From NCBI RefSeq assembly GCF_009914755.1, contig NC_060938.1: 64,000 nt of DNA. One strand, given 5' to 3'. The stretch's first letter is position 1. Each line of letters begins with the position of its first letter. Position numbers and translations under genes: made by a program. Positions 28,048-40,713 of this stretch are shown piece after piece. The DNA comes from the human T2T-CHM13v2.0 reference genome, Homo sapiens. The notes beneath the pieces are model-generated. The model saw only the letters and a program-made list of their open reading frames with translations. It was not told where the DNA came from and searched no databases.

Positions 28048-28623
28048 TTTTTTTATTATTATTATACTTTAAGTTCTAGGGTACATGTGTACAATGTGCA
28101 GGTTTGTTACATATGTATCCATGTGCCATGTTGGTGTGCTGTATCCATTAACTCGTTATTTATATTAGGTATATCTCCTAATGCTATCCCTCCCCCCTCC
28201 CCACTCCCCACGACAGGCCCCAGTGTGTGATGTTCCCCTTCCTGTGTCCATACATTCTCATTGTTAAATTCCCACTTATGAGTGAGAACATGCGGTGTTT
28301 GGTTTTCTGTCCTTGCGATAGTTTGCTGAGAATGCTGGTTTCCAGCTTCATCCATGTCCCTGCAAAGGACATGAACTCATCCTTTTTTATGGCTGCATAG
28401 TATTCCATGGTGTATATGTGCCACATTTTCTTAATCCAGTCTATCATTGATGGACATTTGGGTTGGTTACAAGTCTTTGCTATTGTGAGTAGTGCCACAA
28501 TAAACATACGTGTGCATGTGTCTTTATAGCAGCATGACTTATAATCCTTTGGGTATATACCCAGTAATGGGATGGCTGGGTCAAATGGTATTTCTAGTTC
28601 TAGATCCTTGAGGAATCGCCACA
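28048..28623 (-). mobile_element. 5'-truncated L1PA (about L1PA5-7): ORF2 C-terminus plus 3'UTR
   Basis: 'ttattatactttaagttctagggtacatgtg'. The minus-strand translation [24 protein letters not shown]...KHRMFSLISGN is the ORF2p C-terminus. Confidence 0.95.
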
Positions 28624-28902
28624 TTTTTTTATCCACTCATCATGAATTGTTTCCGTTATTTTGCTGTTGTGAAAACTTCTCTTATGAGCAATCTTTGTCA
28701 TTGTTCTGGCTGTTTAAAAACAAGTAATTTTACATTTGCAAACAGGGTCAAGACATATACAAATGTTCAACTTAACAAAATGATGAAAAATTGTTTTTCA
28801 CAGTAGTTACAATCTCCATAGTAGTTATACCAATCCCACCAACACAGAATAAGAGTTTCCCTCCTTGCCAGGTCTTATAACTTTGAGATTTTCTTGCATC
28901 TA

Positions 28903-29411
28903 TGTGCAAACACTGGCTTGCCTCGTTAAGCCTGGGTGGTTGCAGTTAGATCCTGCAGATTGGGATGATTGCTGGCTCATGTCCACTGGCTTGCTCACCC
29001 CAAAGTATGGTTCATGCTGTAGTTTCTGCTACTGTTGCGGCATCTGGAGTCCCTAGGAAGTGCCCAGAAGAGCCAGGGAGTATTTGCAGGAAGTTAAAGC
29101 TTCATGGACCAATCTGACCAGTGAGAGACAGAAGAGGAGAAGGAACCTGAAGAAAAACATTTTTTCCTCAACCCTAAGGATTATTCTGGAAAATCAGTGT
29201 TTTTAGTCAATTCATTGCATTCATGCAGCCTCTTTAGATTCATTCCCCTTACCAAATTTTAGACATTTTTTAATTATTATTTTATTTTGGGCTGTAAATA
29301 AATTCTTCCTCCTTGCCACACTTCTGTTTTTCCCTCACACATATATATCTGGGATTATATCCATTCATGAAGCATTAGCACATCAAATTTTCTAGGGAAC
29401 TCAGGCTAAGC
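28903..29411 (+). mobile_element. LTR16-like ERV-L LTR
   Basis: 'ctgaccagtgagagacagaagagg' and terminal 'ctagggaactcaggctaag'. Confidence 0.55.
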
Positions 29412-29834
29412 ACTGGGTAATCTTATTCTTCTTTAGTATCCTGACTATTTTTGGATTTTGCTTTTGTATATTACTTTTGCCAGTAACTTGCTTTCAAACC
29501 TTATGATTGTTTTTTATTGAAATTACATAAAATTTATGGAGCCGTATAGGGAGAAATGACAATTACAACCTTATAAATTAATCTCTAGTCATGATCATGG
29601 TATTTATCACCATTTCTTTAGGTCTTCTTTTTAAATTTGCTGCAAAGTAATTTTTTAATGATTTTCGGGCCCTTTAATTGCTTTTCTTACTGTATAGTCT
29701 GTTCTTCATAAATCATATATTTTTTATGTTGTATTTAGTTTATTCCTTATAGTGATTATTTCATTTGTTACTATTATCACTCACTACTATCAGTACATTC
29801 AAATAATTATGCTAGGTTATTGCATGATATACCA

Positions 29835-30587
29835 TTTTTTAAATATTTTAACTTTTAGGTTCAGTGGTACATGCGCAGGTTTGTTATGTAGGTAAACTTG
29901 TGACTCAGGGCCTTGGTGTACAGTTTATTTCATTACCTGAGTACTAAGAATATTACCCAATAGTTTTCTTTTTTTCTGAACCTTGTTCTCCTCCCACCCT
30001 TCTCCCTCAAGTAGGCCCCAGTGTCTGTTGCTCTCCTCTTTCTATCCATGTGTTCTCATTATTCAGCTCGCACTTATAAGTAGGAACATGCCATATTCGG
30101 TTCTCTATTCCTGCATTAGTTTGCTAAAGATAATAGCTTCCATTTCCATCCATGTTCCTGCAAAGTACATAACCTCATTCTTTTTCATGGCTGCATAGCA
30201 TTCCATGGTGTATATGTATCACATTTTCTTTATCCAGTCTACCATTGATGGGCATTTAGGTTGATTCCATGTCATTGCTATTGTGAATTGTGATGCAATA
30301 AACATGTGTGTGCATAAGCCTTTATCACAGAACAATTTCTATTCCTTTGGGTATACACCGAGCAGTGGGATTGTTGGGTTAAATGGTAATTCTGTTTTTA
30401 GTTCTTTGAGTAATCACCACACTTCTTTCCATAGTGGTTAAACTAATTTACACTCCCACTAGCAGTGTAGAAGCATTCCCTGTTCTCTGCAACCTCACCA
30501 GCATCTGTTATTTTGAACTTTTCATTAATAGCCATTCTGACTGCTGTGAAATAGTATCTCATTGTGGTGTTAATTTGCATTTCTCTA
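29835..30587 (-). mobile_element. L1PA13-16-like 3' end
   Basis: 'ggtacatgcgcaggtttgttatgtaggtaaacttg...caagtaggccccagtgtctgttg...atggctgcatag'. Confidence 0.9.
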
Positions 30588-30806
30588 GAAATGCATATGA
30601 TTTTTGTATATTGACTTAATAGTCAGCCATCATTCTAAATTGATTATTATTTATCAGCTTTATAGTGTATTTTTATATGTGGTCAATTTATTATCTATAA
30701 ATAATCGCAGCAAATTTCACTGGCAAAACTCAGCTGAGCATAGTGTTCTCTTCATGGAAACATTGAGGAAGACTTTTGATAGTGATGGAAATATTCATAA
30801 GTTACG

Positions 30807-31122
<316 letters not shown>

Positions 31123-31980
31123 TGATTTAAACTCCATGTGCTATATTTGTCCAGGAATTTAACAATTTTATTTAAATTTTCTAATTTATTCAAATTAGAA
31201 AAAAAGCTGGAAAATATGCTGAACATCCTAGCAATACTTCAGCGTAATCCTCTGTAGTTTCTAATTACATTAACTTTTAAGTAATTATTATTTTTTTCAG
31301 CTACCATCTATATATCAGGCATTGTATGTATTACATAATGCAGTCATAGATCCAACCTTAAAGAATCTTACAATTCTGTCCAAAAAGGATAAGAAATGCA
31401 CCTCAAATAACTAAAATTCAAAGTAGGAGCTGGTATATTATCACTGAATGGCACAGAGTTAGTGCTGAGGGCATCTAGAGGAAAGATGGATAACTGTCAG
31501 ATAAGGGGGTTGGGAAGACATCAGGAATGCTTGTATATGGATTTCCTACTACAATCACATAGCCCAGGTTTAACGGTTTCGTCATAATCACTTCCAGACT
31601 GTGATGAACATTCACCAACAGAATAGCAGCAATGATGTCATGTAAGTGAAGCTCCCTGGCCTCTCTGGGCTAGGAAGATGTATGGAGATGGGCTAGCAGC
31701 AAATGCAGCCAAGCATCTCTTTTAAGAAGAGCTGGCTTAAGCCAAATGTGAGCAGAGTTGACCAAAGCACTTTAATAAAAGAATTAAACAACAAAAAGTA
31801 CAATTTATCTGCAGACTCCCCAAAGAGCAGGTTGATGCTTACAGATTCATTATTTGGAGTAAAGGCATAGAAAATGGCAAATAACAAAGTGAACACGATT
31901 TAATTGTTGTTTAAAAATAACTATTAACTATTGATTTATTCCCATGTTGCAGGCTCCCTGTTATACATTTTATAAATAAT

Positions 31981-32276
31981 TTTTCATTTTTGAGATGGAA
32001 TTTCGCTCTTGTTGCCCACGCTGGAGTGGAATGGCCCAATCTAGGCTCACCACAACCTCCACCTCCTGGGTTCAAGTGATTCTCCTGCCTCAGCCTCCCA
32101 AATAGCTGGAATTACAGGCATTTGCCAGCACGCCCCACTAATTTTGTATTTTTTTTAGTAGAGATGGGGTTTCTCCATGTTGGTCAGGCTGGTCTGGATC
32201 TCCCAACCTCAGGTGATCTGCCTGCCTCAGCCTCCCAAAGTGTTGGGATTATAGGCATGAGCCACCGCACCCGGCC
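31981..32276 (-). mobile_element. AluSp-like
   Basis: 'ctcttgttgccc', 'tttctccatgttggtcagg', 'ctcccaacctcagg'. TSD 'tataaataat' at 31971-31980 and 32277-32286. Confidence 0.93.
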
Positions 32277-33342
32277 TATAAATAATATTTTATTTCGATA
32301 AAAAGGGGGCAGATATTATCATCTCAGTTTTTTAAACAAGCCTATCGTCATGATTTTTAGTTGCCAGCCTGGGAAAACAACTCTGCTTAACTTAACCAGC
32401 AAAGGAAAACAGCACAAAGGCTGGAGAAGTTACCCTGGAAAATGGACAGAAATCAAGGGAGTCTAAAAGCAGGAACCATAGCAAAGGCTACACCATAGGA
32501 ATGGCATAGCAGGACCCCTCTGCTCACCACTTGTTCTTCATAGCTCTAGACAACACCCCAGCCACCACTGGACACTATGCAATGAATTCACTATTAACCG
32601 CTCCTTCATCTTGGTGACACTGACTGAAGATTCAGAGTCCTAGATGGGAGCCTCTGTCTCATCCATGCCTGACTGTGAATAGGTGTGAGAAAGGAGAGAC
32701 TTTTGTTCCCCTTCAGCTCTCCAATTGAAAACAGTTTCCTACTTCCCACATGGACTTCCAGAAATGGATATTCTTCCCAATCTAGAAAGAATTTTAGATA
32801 CTCATGGGCATGCCACTGGATCTAATTTCCAAGGTGACTTAGCTAATGAGCAGAGCTGTTGTTTTTCAGGCTTTGGTCTATCTGAATTAAAACCCCATGA
32901 TCTTTTTTTCACTGAGTCATCAGTGTTGATAAATACTACAGAAAAACTTAAAGAATGTGTATAATTTTTACAGGAAAGTAGTAAGGATAGGCCTGCCATT
33001 GAGCACTTATCCTTTGGAACAGAATGCTGAGCAAAACAAAGTGGGAGATATAGTCTTACATCCTTAGAGTTTACAGCTTAATTAGGGGCCACATAAGAAA
33101 AAAGCCTGCTGATGGATGGTGTTATCACTACCTAATGAGTGTCAGTGCTAATAAGAGACAGAACATTTAAAATAAAGAGATTACTATGATAGGGAACTCG
33201 TTTCACTTATTCTTGGCTTCACTTTCTCTTACAGGAAACCTTACAGGAGGGGTACTTGGGATTTAGATCTACAGGGGACAGTGTTTTAGGCAAAGGAGGA
33301 TTTGTTTATGCAAAAGAACATGTAGACAAAAATCTATTAGAC

Positions 33343-33627
33343 CAGGGGTTCCCAGTGAGCATTACCAGCAAGCATTACCCCCTTAGCTCCACCTCCCGTC
33401 AGACAGGCAGCAGCATTAGATTGTCTTAGGAGCATGAACTCTATTGTGAACTGCACATGTGAGGGGTCTAGGTTGATCTTATTTAGATTCTCCTTATGAG
33501 AATCTAACTAATGCCTGATGATCTGAGGTGGAACAGTTTCATCCCAAAATCATCCCCCACCCCTGTCCATGGAAAAATCCTTTTCCACAAAACCAGTCTC
33601 TGGTTCCAAAAAGTCTGGGGATTGCTG
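33343..33627 (+). mobile_element. MER1B hAT-Charlie DNA transposon with a 5' internal deletion
   Basis: Ends 'caggggttccc' and 'ggggattgctg'. Perfect 8-bp TSD 'tattagac' at 33335-33342 and 33628-33635. Confidence 0.9.
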
Positions 33628-34589
33628 TATTAGACTGTAATGCAGAAGAACTTTCTGGATTAAGTGCACGACACCATAAAGGGAATAAAATAATTGGTCA
33701 TTATAGTCACTGGATTTTTAACTATAAACCAAAATCTAATCATCAGATTAATGGTCAAGGTTTTGGGGAGTCAGAGAGTAACTGCCAGCTCTTTCAGTTT
33801 AAAGGAATTTATTTTTTGGAGGGAAGGGCACAGACTGAATACCAGCTCTGCAGTGATTAGCAAATAAGCATGGAGCAAAGGAGAACCAAGCATAGTGCCT
33901 CCAGCTACAATGTGCTCTCAAGCAGGTTATCGACCCAGCCAGCAAGATGCTGGCTAATAAACAGCAAGGAGAGATTTGGGCGAAAGTCAGTTGTGAGAGG
34001 TCTGAAATATAAACAAACTCAAACTGTGTTTTGTGGCTTCAGGATAGAGTTCCATTTACACTGGCTTTGACCTTATGAGAACATAGTCAGTGGCCTTGCA
34101 GCAAAAAGAATCATGCTCCCTTCTGAAGTGAAGCCAAGAATCATGCTTCATTGAAGAATTATAAAGCAAATCCTACAACAAGCCTGCATCCTAGTGATGC
34201 GTCCTTCAGTCCTGCTTATACCAGCTGGTCACCTGGAAGAGAAAATCTCTAGCTGGGCCAATGACACTAACATTAGTATTGAAGCCCCATTATCATCAAG
34301 GTGAGGAAGGCTTCATTCCTTTTTGACTTATTTAACAGAAATATCCTTACTTCTTGGTAGTTCTTTGTTGACGATTCACACAATGACAAGCAGATGTGGG
34401 TATGTCGAGAGAACGATAAATTATAATACATCTCAGAGGTTATTAATTTCCCATTCAGCCTTCACATACACACTCTTATCGTACCTTATATCTACTTTCT
34501 GTCCTTTCCATGCACACGCATGTGCATGCATACACACCTTTCATCCCTTTGCTTATATGACCCTCTCAGTGACCCTCACAATATTGGCT

Positions 34590-34872
34590 TATTTCCAGTT
34601 TTAAATAGAAAGTTTAAATGTCACCTTCTGGGACCTGTCTAGCTCATGTAAGTTAGCTCTATCACAGCATCTTGGTTATTTCCCTCAGAATACTTATCGA
34701 ATACTTATATTTATTTACTTATCTTCTTGATTACTTTGTGCCTGTGCTTCTAGGTTGTTAACTCGGAATCCAGTGATCACGTCTCTCTTATTTATTTCTG
34801 CATATGTAGTGTCTAGCAGTGTCTGGCCTATGAAAAGCACTCAATAATTACTTGTTGAATATACAAATGAAT
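34590..34872 (+). mobile_element. L2 3' end
   Basis: 'gtgtctagcagtgtctggcctatgaaaagcactcaataattacttgttgaat...atgaatgaa'. Confidence 0.7.
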
Positions 34873-35979
34873 GAAGAGTTGCAATTTTCTTCTGAGTCAC
34901 TGGCCATTAAACAGATGTTAGTAGATCTCATGCACAGAAGGAAAGGTAGACCCAAAAGGACCTTAGAGATCTGATTTTTGTCTGAATTACTTAATCTAGC
35001 TTTTTTCTTCTTTTCAAGGAAACAGAATCTCATTACACATGGAAATGAGTATCAGAAGTTTTGTGTGCATTTTTTTAATTTATGTAACACAGTGATTGCT
35101 GCTACCTAAAGAGGGTCTCCACATTTCAGTATCACACAAAACACTGCTTTAGATATATAAGTGATTGGTATTATTTGTTGCATAGATATTAGAATGATTA
35201 GATGATTAGATGGTTGAATGTAAACTTGTGAGTGATATAATAATGCATAGAATCAGGGGATTTACTTTGGGCTATGAATCAAATAACTGAAATGCAAACA
35301 TGAAGATAATTCTTGCTTTGAATTTGCAGGCTCTAATTAATATTTATTAGGTAGGGAGTAGAGTCTCTGGCTGGGAATTTTAATTAGCAAGCAGATGGCT
35401 TCTTTAATGTTGAAAGTGTAGGTCGGAATTTTTTAGCCCAGTTAGCAACAGTCTGTTCCATAGCTCCATACTCTACTTACACGGCACACATGACATCGTG
35501 ATAGCTTGGCAACAAGTAGTACCTGAAGAGGCAGATGGTTTAGGGCAAAGTTACACTGTTTCTGGGAAAGACATCTCACAGCGCTTCATCACAGCCTGGG
35601 GACAGTTGCTTGCTGGTTGTTACGCTAACATGTAGAAAATCAATGCTGTAAAAATGAATTTGTGGGCACCACCATTTCACTCTGTATGATAAAATCATTG
35701 TGGTAGGTTAAAACACCTTCAGTATGTTTCAGTATGTTTATTAAAATCTCTCAGGAAGCCTAATGCATTTTACTCCATTCACAATTTAGAAAAAAAAAAA
35801 AAGAAAACAACGGTCTGATTATTTCTAGTCTCTTAGAGGGCAGCGTAAATTGTACCTCTTTTTTGATTGTAGTATGTATGTAAAATACCTTGTACAGAAT
35901 GCATGCAATGTAGTAAACTATCAATAAATAATTTCTTACCTTTCCATAACACTTGAAAATTACAGTTTGCTTATACATT

Positions 35980-36190
35980 TTTAATAGTTATTTATGAGGC
36001 ACTCATTATATTTCAGACACTGTAGGAGTATTTTATAGGCATTATCTTGGTTAACCCTCATACTTACCCTATGAGGTAGAGACTATGATTATCTCCATTT
36101 TCCAATTTAGAAAATTAAGTCACTCAACTACGGTCACATCTAGAAAATCAGATCTGTCTTATTTGAAAATCCATGCTATACATATTTTAC
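35980..36190 (-). mobile_element. MIR
   Basis: 'ccctatgaggtagagactatgattatctccattttcca' MIR core. Confidence 0.7.
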
Positions 36191-36245
36191 TATTTAATTC
36201 AGTATGTTCATCACTTGGAAAAGATCGGTACATTTAAAGCTTTGA

Positions 36246-36579
<334 letters not shown>

Positions 36580-37175
36580 TCCATTGTGATTTCTTTGTGT
36601 TTGTGTAAAGTGCCTTATATGTTTAAGTAGTGATGAACTGCATATGAATAAGAACTGTTTTATTCTTACGTTCTCATGTCTTCCCCAGTACTGGAGATAT
36701 AGTCCATGCTTTATAGATGTTTGGCAAGTTAGTGAGTTAATGATTATAGAAGAACTAACAGCATGAAATATTACACACTGCATATTAGCTGCTCTGTTTC
36801 TATTAGAAGTGCTCAGGCTGAAGGTGGGTGGCTGGCTGCCTGTCATGAATAACTTAGAATCTCTTCTGATTATTCCAAATCAACAGAGAAATTGTCCTGT
36901 GGAGGATGATGTCAATGGGTCACACAAATTCAATGATTTTTAACTTGGTTCTACAAGTGCCATGGAGTTTAGAATCTTATTTACCTGATTCTGAAGTTAC
37001 TTTTTATTTCCCTAAAAAGTTTGAATCAGAATCTAGGAGAAAACAACAACAGAGGTCCATTGTATTTCCCTAGCACCACACTCAAACTTGAGGGAATATT
37101 TTATTGTTCTGAAAGCCTTGTTACCAATAACGTATAATCTCCTACAACATCTTGATAAAGTGACGCTCCCGAGGG

Positions 37176-37355
37176 CATTGCTTCTAACTAAATTGTATAG
37201 AACAATTACATTGGGAAAATCTCAGGGTACTAGGTAGAAAAAGCAGGTTTCCTGAACCTCATCCCAGACAAACCAATGCAGAATTTTTGATTGTGGGGCC
37301 CAGAAAATCACTTTGTGTCCTGATTCCCTGTGATGGGGATGATCACTACAGTCTG
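37176..37355. mobile_element. MER5-like hAT MITE
   Basis: 'aaagcaggtttcctgaacctcatcccaga...tggggcccagaaaatc'. Confidence 0.55.
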
Positions 37356-37479
37356 AAAATCCCTTTACCCAGACTATCTGGAGACAAGAATTAAACCTCA
37401 GGCCACAAGACATACACACTCACACACATATACTAATGTCTGTCCTCATGGTTCTTCTATGGAGAAACAGAACAATGAA

Positions 37480-37481
<2 letters not shown>

Positions 37482-37519
<38 letters not shown>
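37482..37519. repeat. (TG)19 microsatellite
   Basis: Perfect TG run read directly. Confidence 0.95.
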
Positions 37520-37521
<2 letters not shown>

Positions 37522-37583
37522 AAAGAGAGACATGAAATCCTTAACTGACCTTTAGTTGAAAGCTCTCAAAATGGATTTTTTTC

Positions 37584-37655
37584 TATATATATGAAAAGGA
37601 AAAAAATATATATACACATATATACATATACATATATATACACATATATACATAT

Positions 37656-37691
<36 letters not shown>

Positions 37692-37726
37692 ACATAGAGA
37701 GAGAGAGAGATAGAGAGAGAGAGAGA
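37584..37726. repeat. Compound (TA)/(CA)/(GA) microsatellite
   Basis: Read directly. Confidence 0.9.
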
Positions 37727-38311
37727 TTTTAAAGAACTGGCTCACACAATTGTGAGAGCTGGTAAGTCCAAAATCTATAGGGCAGGCCAGCAGGTTGGAG
37801 AGCCAGAAAAGAGTTGATGTTGCATTTCAAGTCCAAAGGCAGTCTGGAGAGAGAATTCTCTCTTTGTTGGGGAACCTCAGTCTTTTTCATTTAAGGCCTT
37901 CAATTAATTGGATGAGGCTCACCCAACATTGTAGAGGGTAATCTACTTTGCTCAAAGTCTATTGATTCAAGTGCTAATCTCATCTAAATAATACCTTTGC
38001 AGAGACATCTAGATTGGTGATTGACCAAATATCTGGGTAGCATGCCTTGCCAAGCTGACATATGAAATTGACAGTCACACCCAGAATTCACACAAGAGAA
38101 AGCTCATAATGGTTTATTCATCATTTGGGCCCATCAAAAAATAAATGATTCTGAGCAGAGAGCCCACAGACACCGTTTTATAGATACATTTTAAGTGCAA
38201 AGGAACGTCACAGGTTGAATTTGTGTAGCTCCATTAGTCTCTAGTGGAAAATGCCCAGGCAAATCTTAAAGGAAAAAAATCTCAATATGGTGAATTTTTG
38301 GGTGGTTTTTA

Positions 38312-38313
<2 letters not shown>

Positions 38314-38357
<44 letters not shown>
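38314..38357. repeat. (AT)22 microsatellite
   Basis: Uninterrupted AT run. Confidence 0.95.
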
Positions 38358-38361
<4 letters not shown>

Positions 38362-40261
38362 AATATCTGATATATATATGAAATATCTATTTAAAAATGG
38401 ATATGAAATATATTATTTATATATGTATGGATGGATGGATAGATTGATAGGTAGAGATTTGGAGTGGAGATTTATTATATCAGGTCATTACATTCAAGGT
38501 TTTACATCTTTTTTATTCCCAACCAAAAAGAATGGAAAAAGGAAAGAAACACAGGTGGTGGTGAAGGTTAACCTACCTCTCTGATCAATGTCAAATTCAG
38601 AAGGAGCTGAACTTGTTTCCTGGCTCATCTAAATATAAAGTGAAATTCTTCCTCCTCCCAGTCCTGATCAGTCACAGTTGCTGACAAGCTGGAATTCCAT
38701 GAAAAGGTGAAATATTCTAGGTAAATGTCTTACTCCTGATGTTTAAGCCAAGGAGCTCATTTCTCCGATTCACTGAAGGAGAAACCTGGCCGTTGCTCTC
38801 ATGGGCCATCAAGTTCCCATTTCAGTGTGCCAAAAGGCCTGCCAGAAAGCACTGCTCCAGAACTCAACCTCACTGCAATGACTCCTTTTGCTCATGAGGG
38901 CTACATAATCCATATTGTCCCAGAACTTGGTGGAATAAATTAAGAGGCATTAAAATTCAATTTCCTGTAACACATGAAATCCTTCCTAACTGACGTTTAA
39001 TTGAAAGCTCTCAAACTGAATTTCCTGTCCTTGTTAATGGTAAAATGAGAATTTTTAAATATATGTATGCAATTTCTCATTAATAATTTGCTTCTAATTT
39101 GGCATATACACCAACTTCAACTATTGCAATAATTTTCCAAACTAACCAGTAGGAATTTTCATGTCTGCTGATTATATCATGGAATATGATTTCACCCAGA
39201 GTGTTCCCATGAGATATATTTTCTTAGAACAGAGCCTGGCTACCTATTAAGGAGACGGTTTTAGCTAATGGAATTAGAATTTTGGCTTCCTTTCTGTTGG
39301 TTTTACTATGTGGCTGTCATGTGTGCTCATGTATGTCATGGAGGCTTGTGCTTTTATCCAACTTCCTCCTGGGTTTTTGTATCCATGGCTGGAAGTCAGT
39401 CCCAGGTGCAGAATAGATATCAAGGATGAGTAATCCTTCACTTAAAAGTGAAAAAATCACAAATATTTGCCTCCAGGACATCACAGAGGCTGTTACCTTT
39501 ATACAGTATTCTCTTCTTTATCTTTTTTCCTTTCTGTGATTCAACTTGGAATTAGTAAACTTGATAGATGATATATAGATAGATAGATGATAGATCAGAA
39601 AGAGAGAGGGAGGGAGAGAATATTTTCCAAAATAACTACCTATTTGTAAATAAGCTGCATTGGTTTCGAGGCTCATTTTCCACAAAAAGCCACTGCTTTA
39701 GGTAATCGGTTCCCTTGCTATTTCCCAAATTTTCAATGTTATTGCATCCTCTCTGCTTTTGTGAAAGCTACGTATACCTCTTTCCCATGAAGTCTTCTAC
39801 TTGCTCTCCACCTACCAGATCTTACTTTTTAAAATCTAAATAAAGGCATAATTCCAGTTCTTCCAATTCCTTAGGCCTACAGTAATCCCTCCAGTCTTTT
39901 GATTGCTTTTTGCATATAACATCAATACTACATACTTTGCACTTATAGTGTGTTACTTTCTCCAACGTTTATTGGGTTTATTAGTCTTTTCTTTTTCTTA
40001 AAGGCAGTGACAGTGCCCTTTCAAGGTGCTTATTCATCTCACACAGTATCTAGTCATATATAAGGTATTCAAATTATTGGCAGATTTAAAAGTAAGTCTT
40101 AATCACAGTAGCACTCAAATCAGGTTCACATGGTTGTGGGTAGAGGTGGAGCATCAGTGAGCTGGAGACAATCATGGTGGGACCTCATTTCCTATCTTGA
40201 AAAAGTTGTGAGTTTTCATGTCTTTAAAAAAAGATAGATTCATGATAGATTTATGACTTCC

Positions 40262-40487
40262 ATTTTTTTTTCATTCTTTACCTTTCTTTCTTTCTCTCTC
40301 TCTTTTTTTTTCCTTTCTTTTTTTTTGAGACAGCATCTCGCTGTGTCACCCAGGCTGGAGTGCAGTGGTACAATCATAGCTCACTAGTGCCTTGAACTCC
40401 TGGCCTCAAACAACCCTCCCACCTCAGCCTCCCAAAACTCAAAATGCTGGGATTACAGATTACAGGCTTGAGCCACTGTGCCTGGCC
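40262..40487 (-). mobile_element. Alu monomer of AluJ/FAM age with a left-arm 5' end and a right-arm 3' end
   Basis: A single ~160-bp body plus a T/C-rich tail, flanked by 'tgacttc' repeats. Confidence 0.8.
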
Positions 40488-40628
40488 CTTGACTTCTGTT
40501 TCATCATCGCTCCCTGACCCACCTTCCCTGGGAGTATGCAATTCCCATTCTTTTCATTACTGAAAAGCTGGATAGTTAAATTAAAGGTATTATTCACTAA
40601 CCATGCAAATTTGGCGTTATAAGTATTG

Positions 40629-40713
40629 TCAGTAACAAGTTATTAATAATGTTATCAGTAACAAGTTACTAATAATAACAAGTTACCAATCAGTAACAAT
40701 TGCTAACAATAAG
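40629..40713. repeat. Imperfect tandem repeat with core 'taacaagtta'
   Basis: Three to four degenerate copies of (cag)taacaagtta. Confidence 0.7.

Larger units (their letters stand above)
37437..38079 (-). mobile_element. MLT2 (C/D-like) LTR with expanded internal microsatellites
   Basis: 'gaactggctcacacaattgtg...ttaaggccttcaattaattggatgaggctcaccca...caagctgacatatgaaattgacagtcaca'. Confidence 0.85.
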
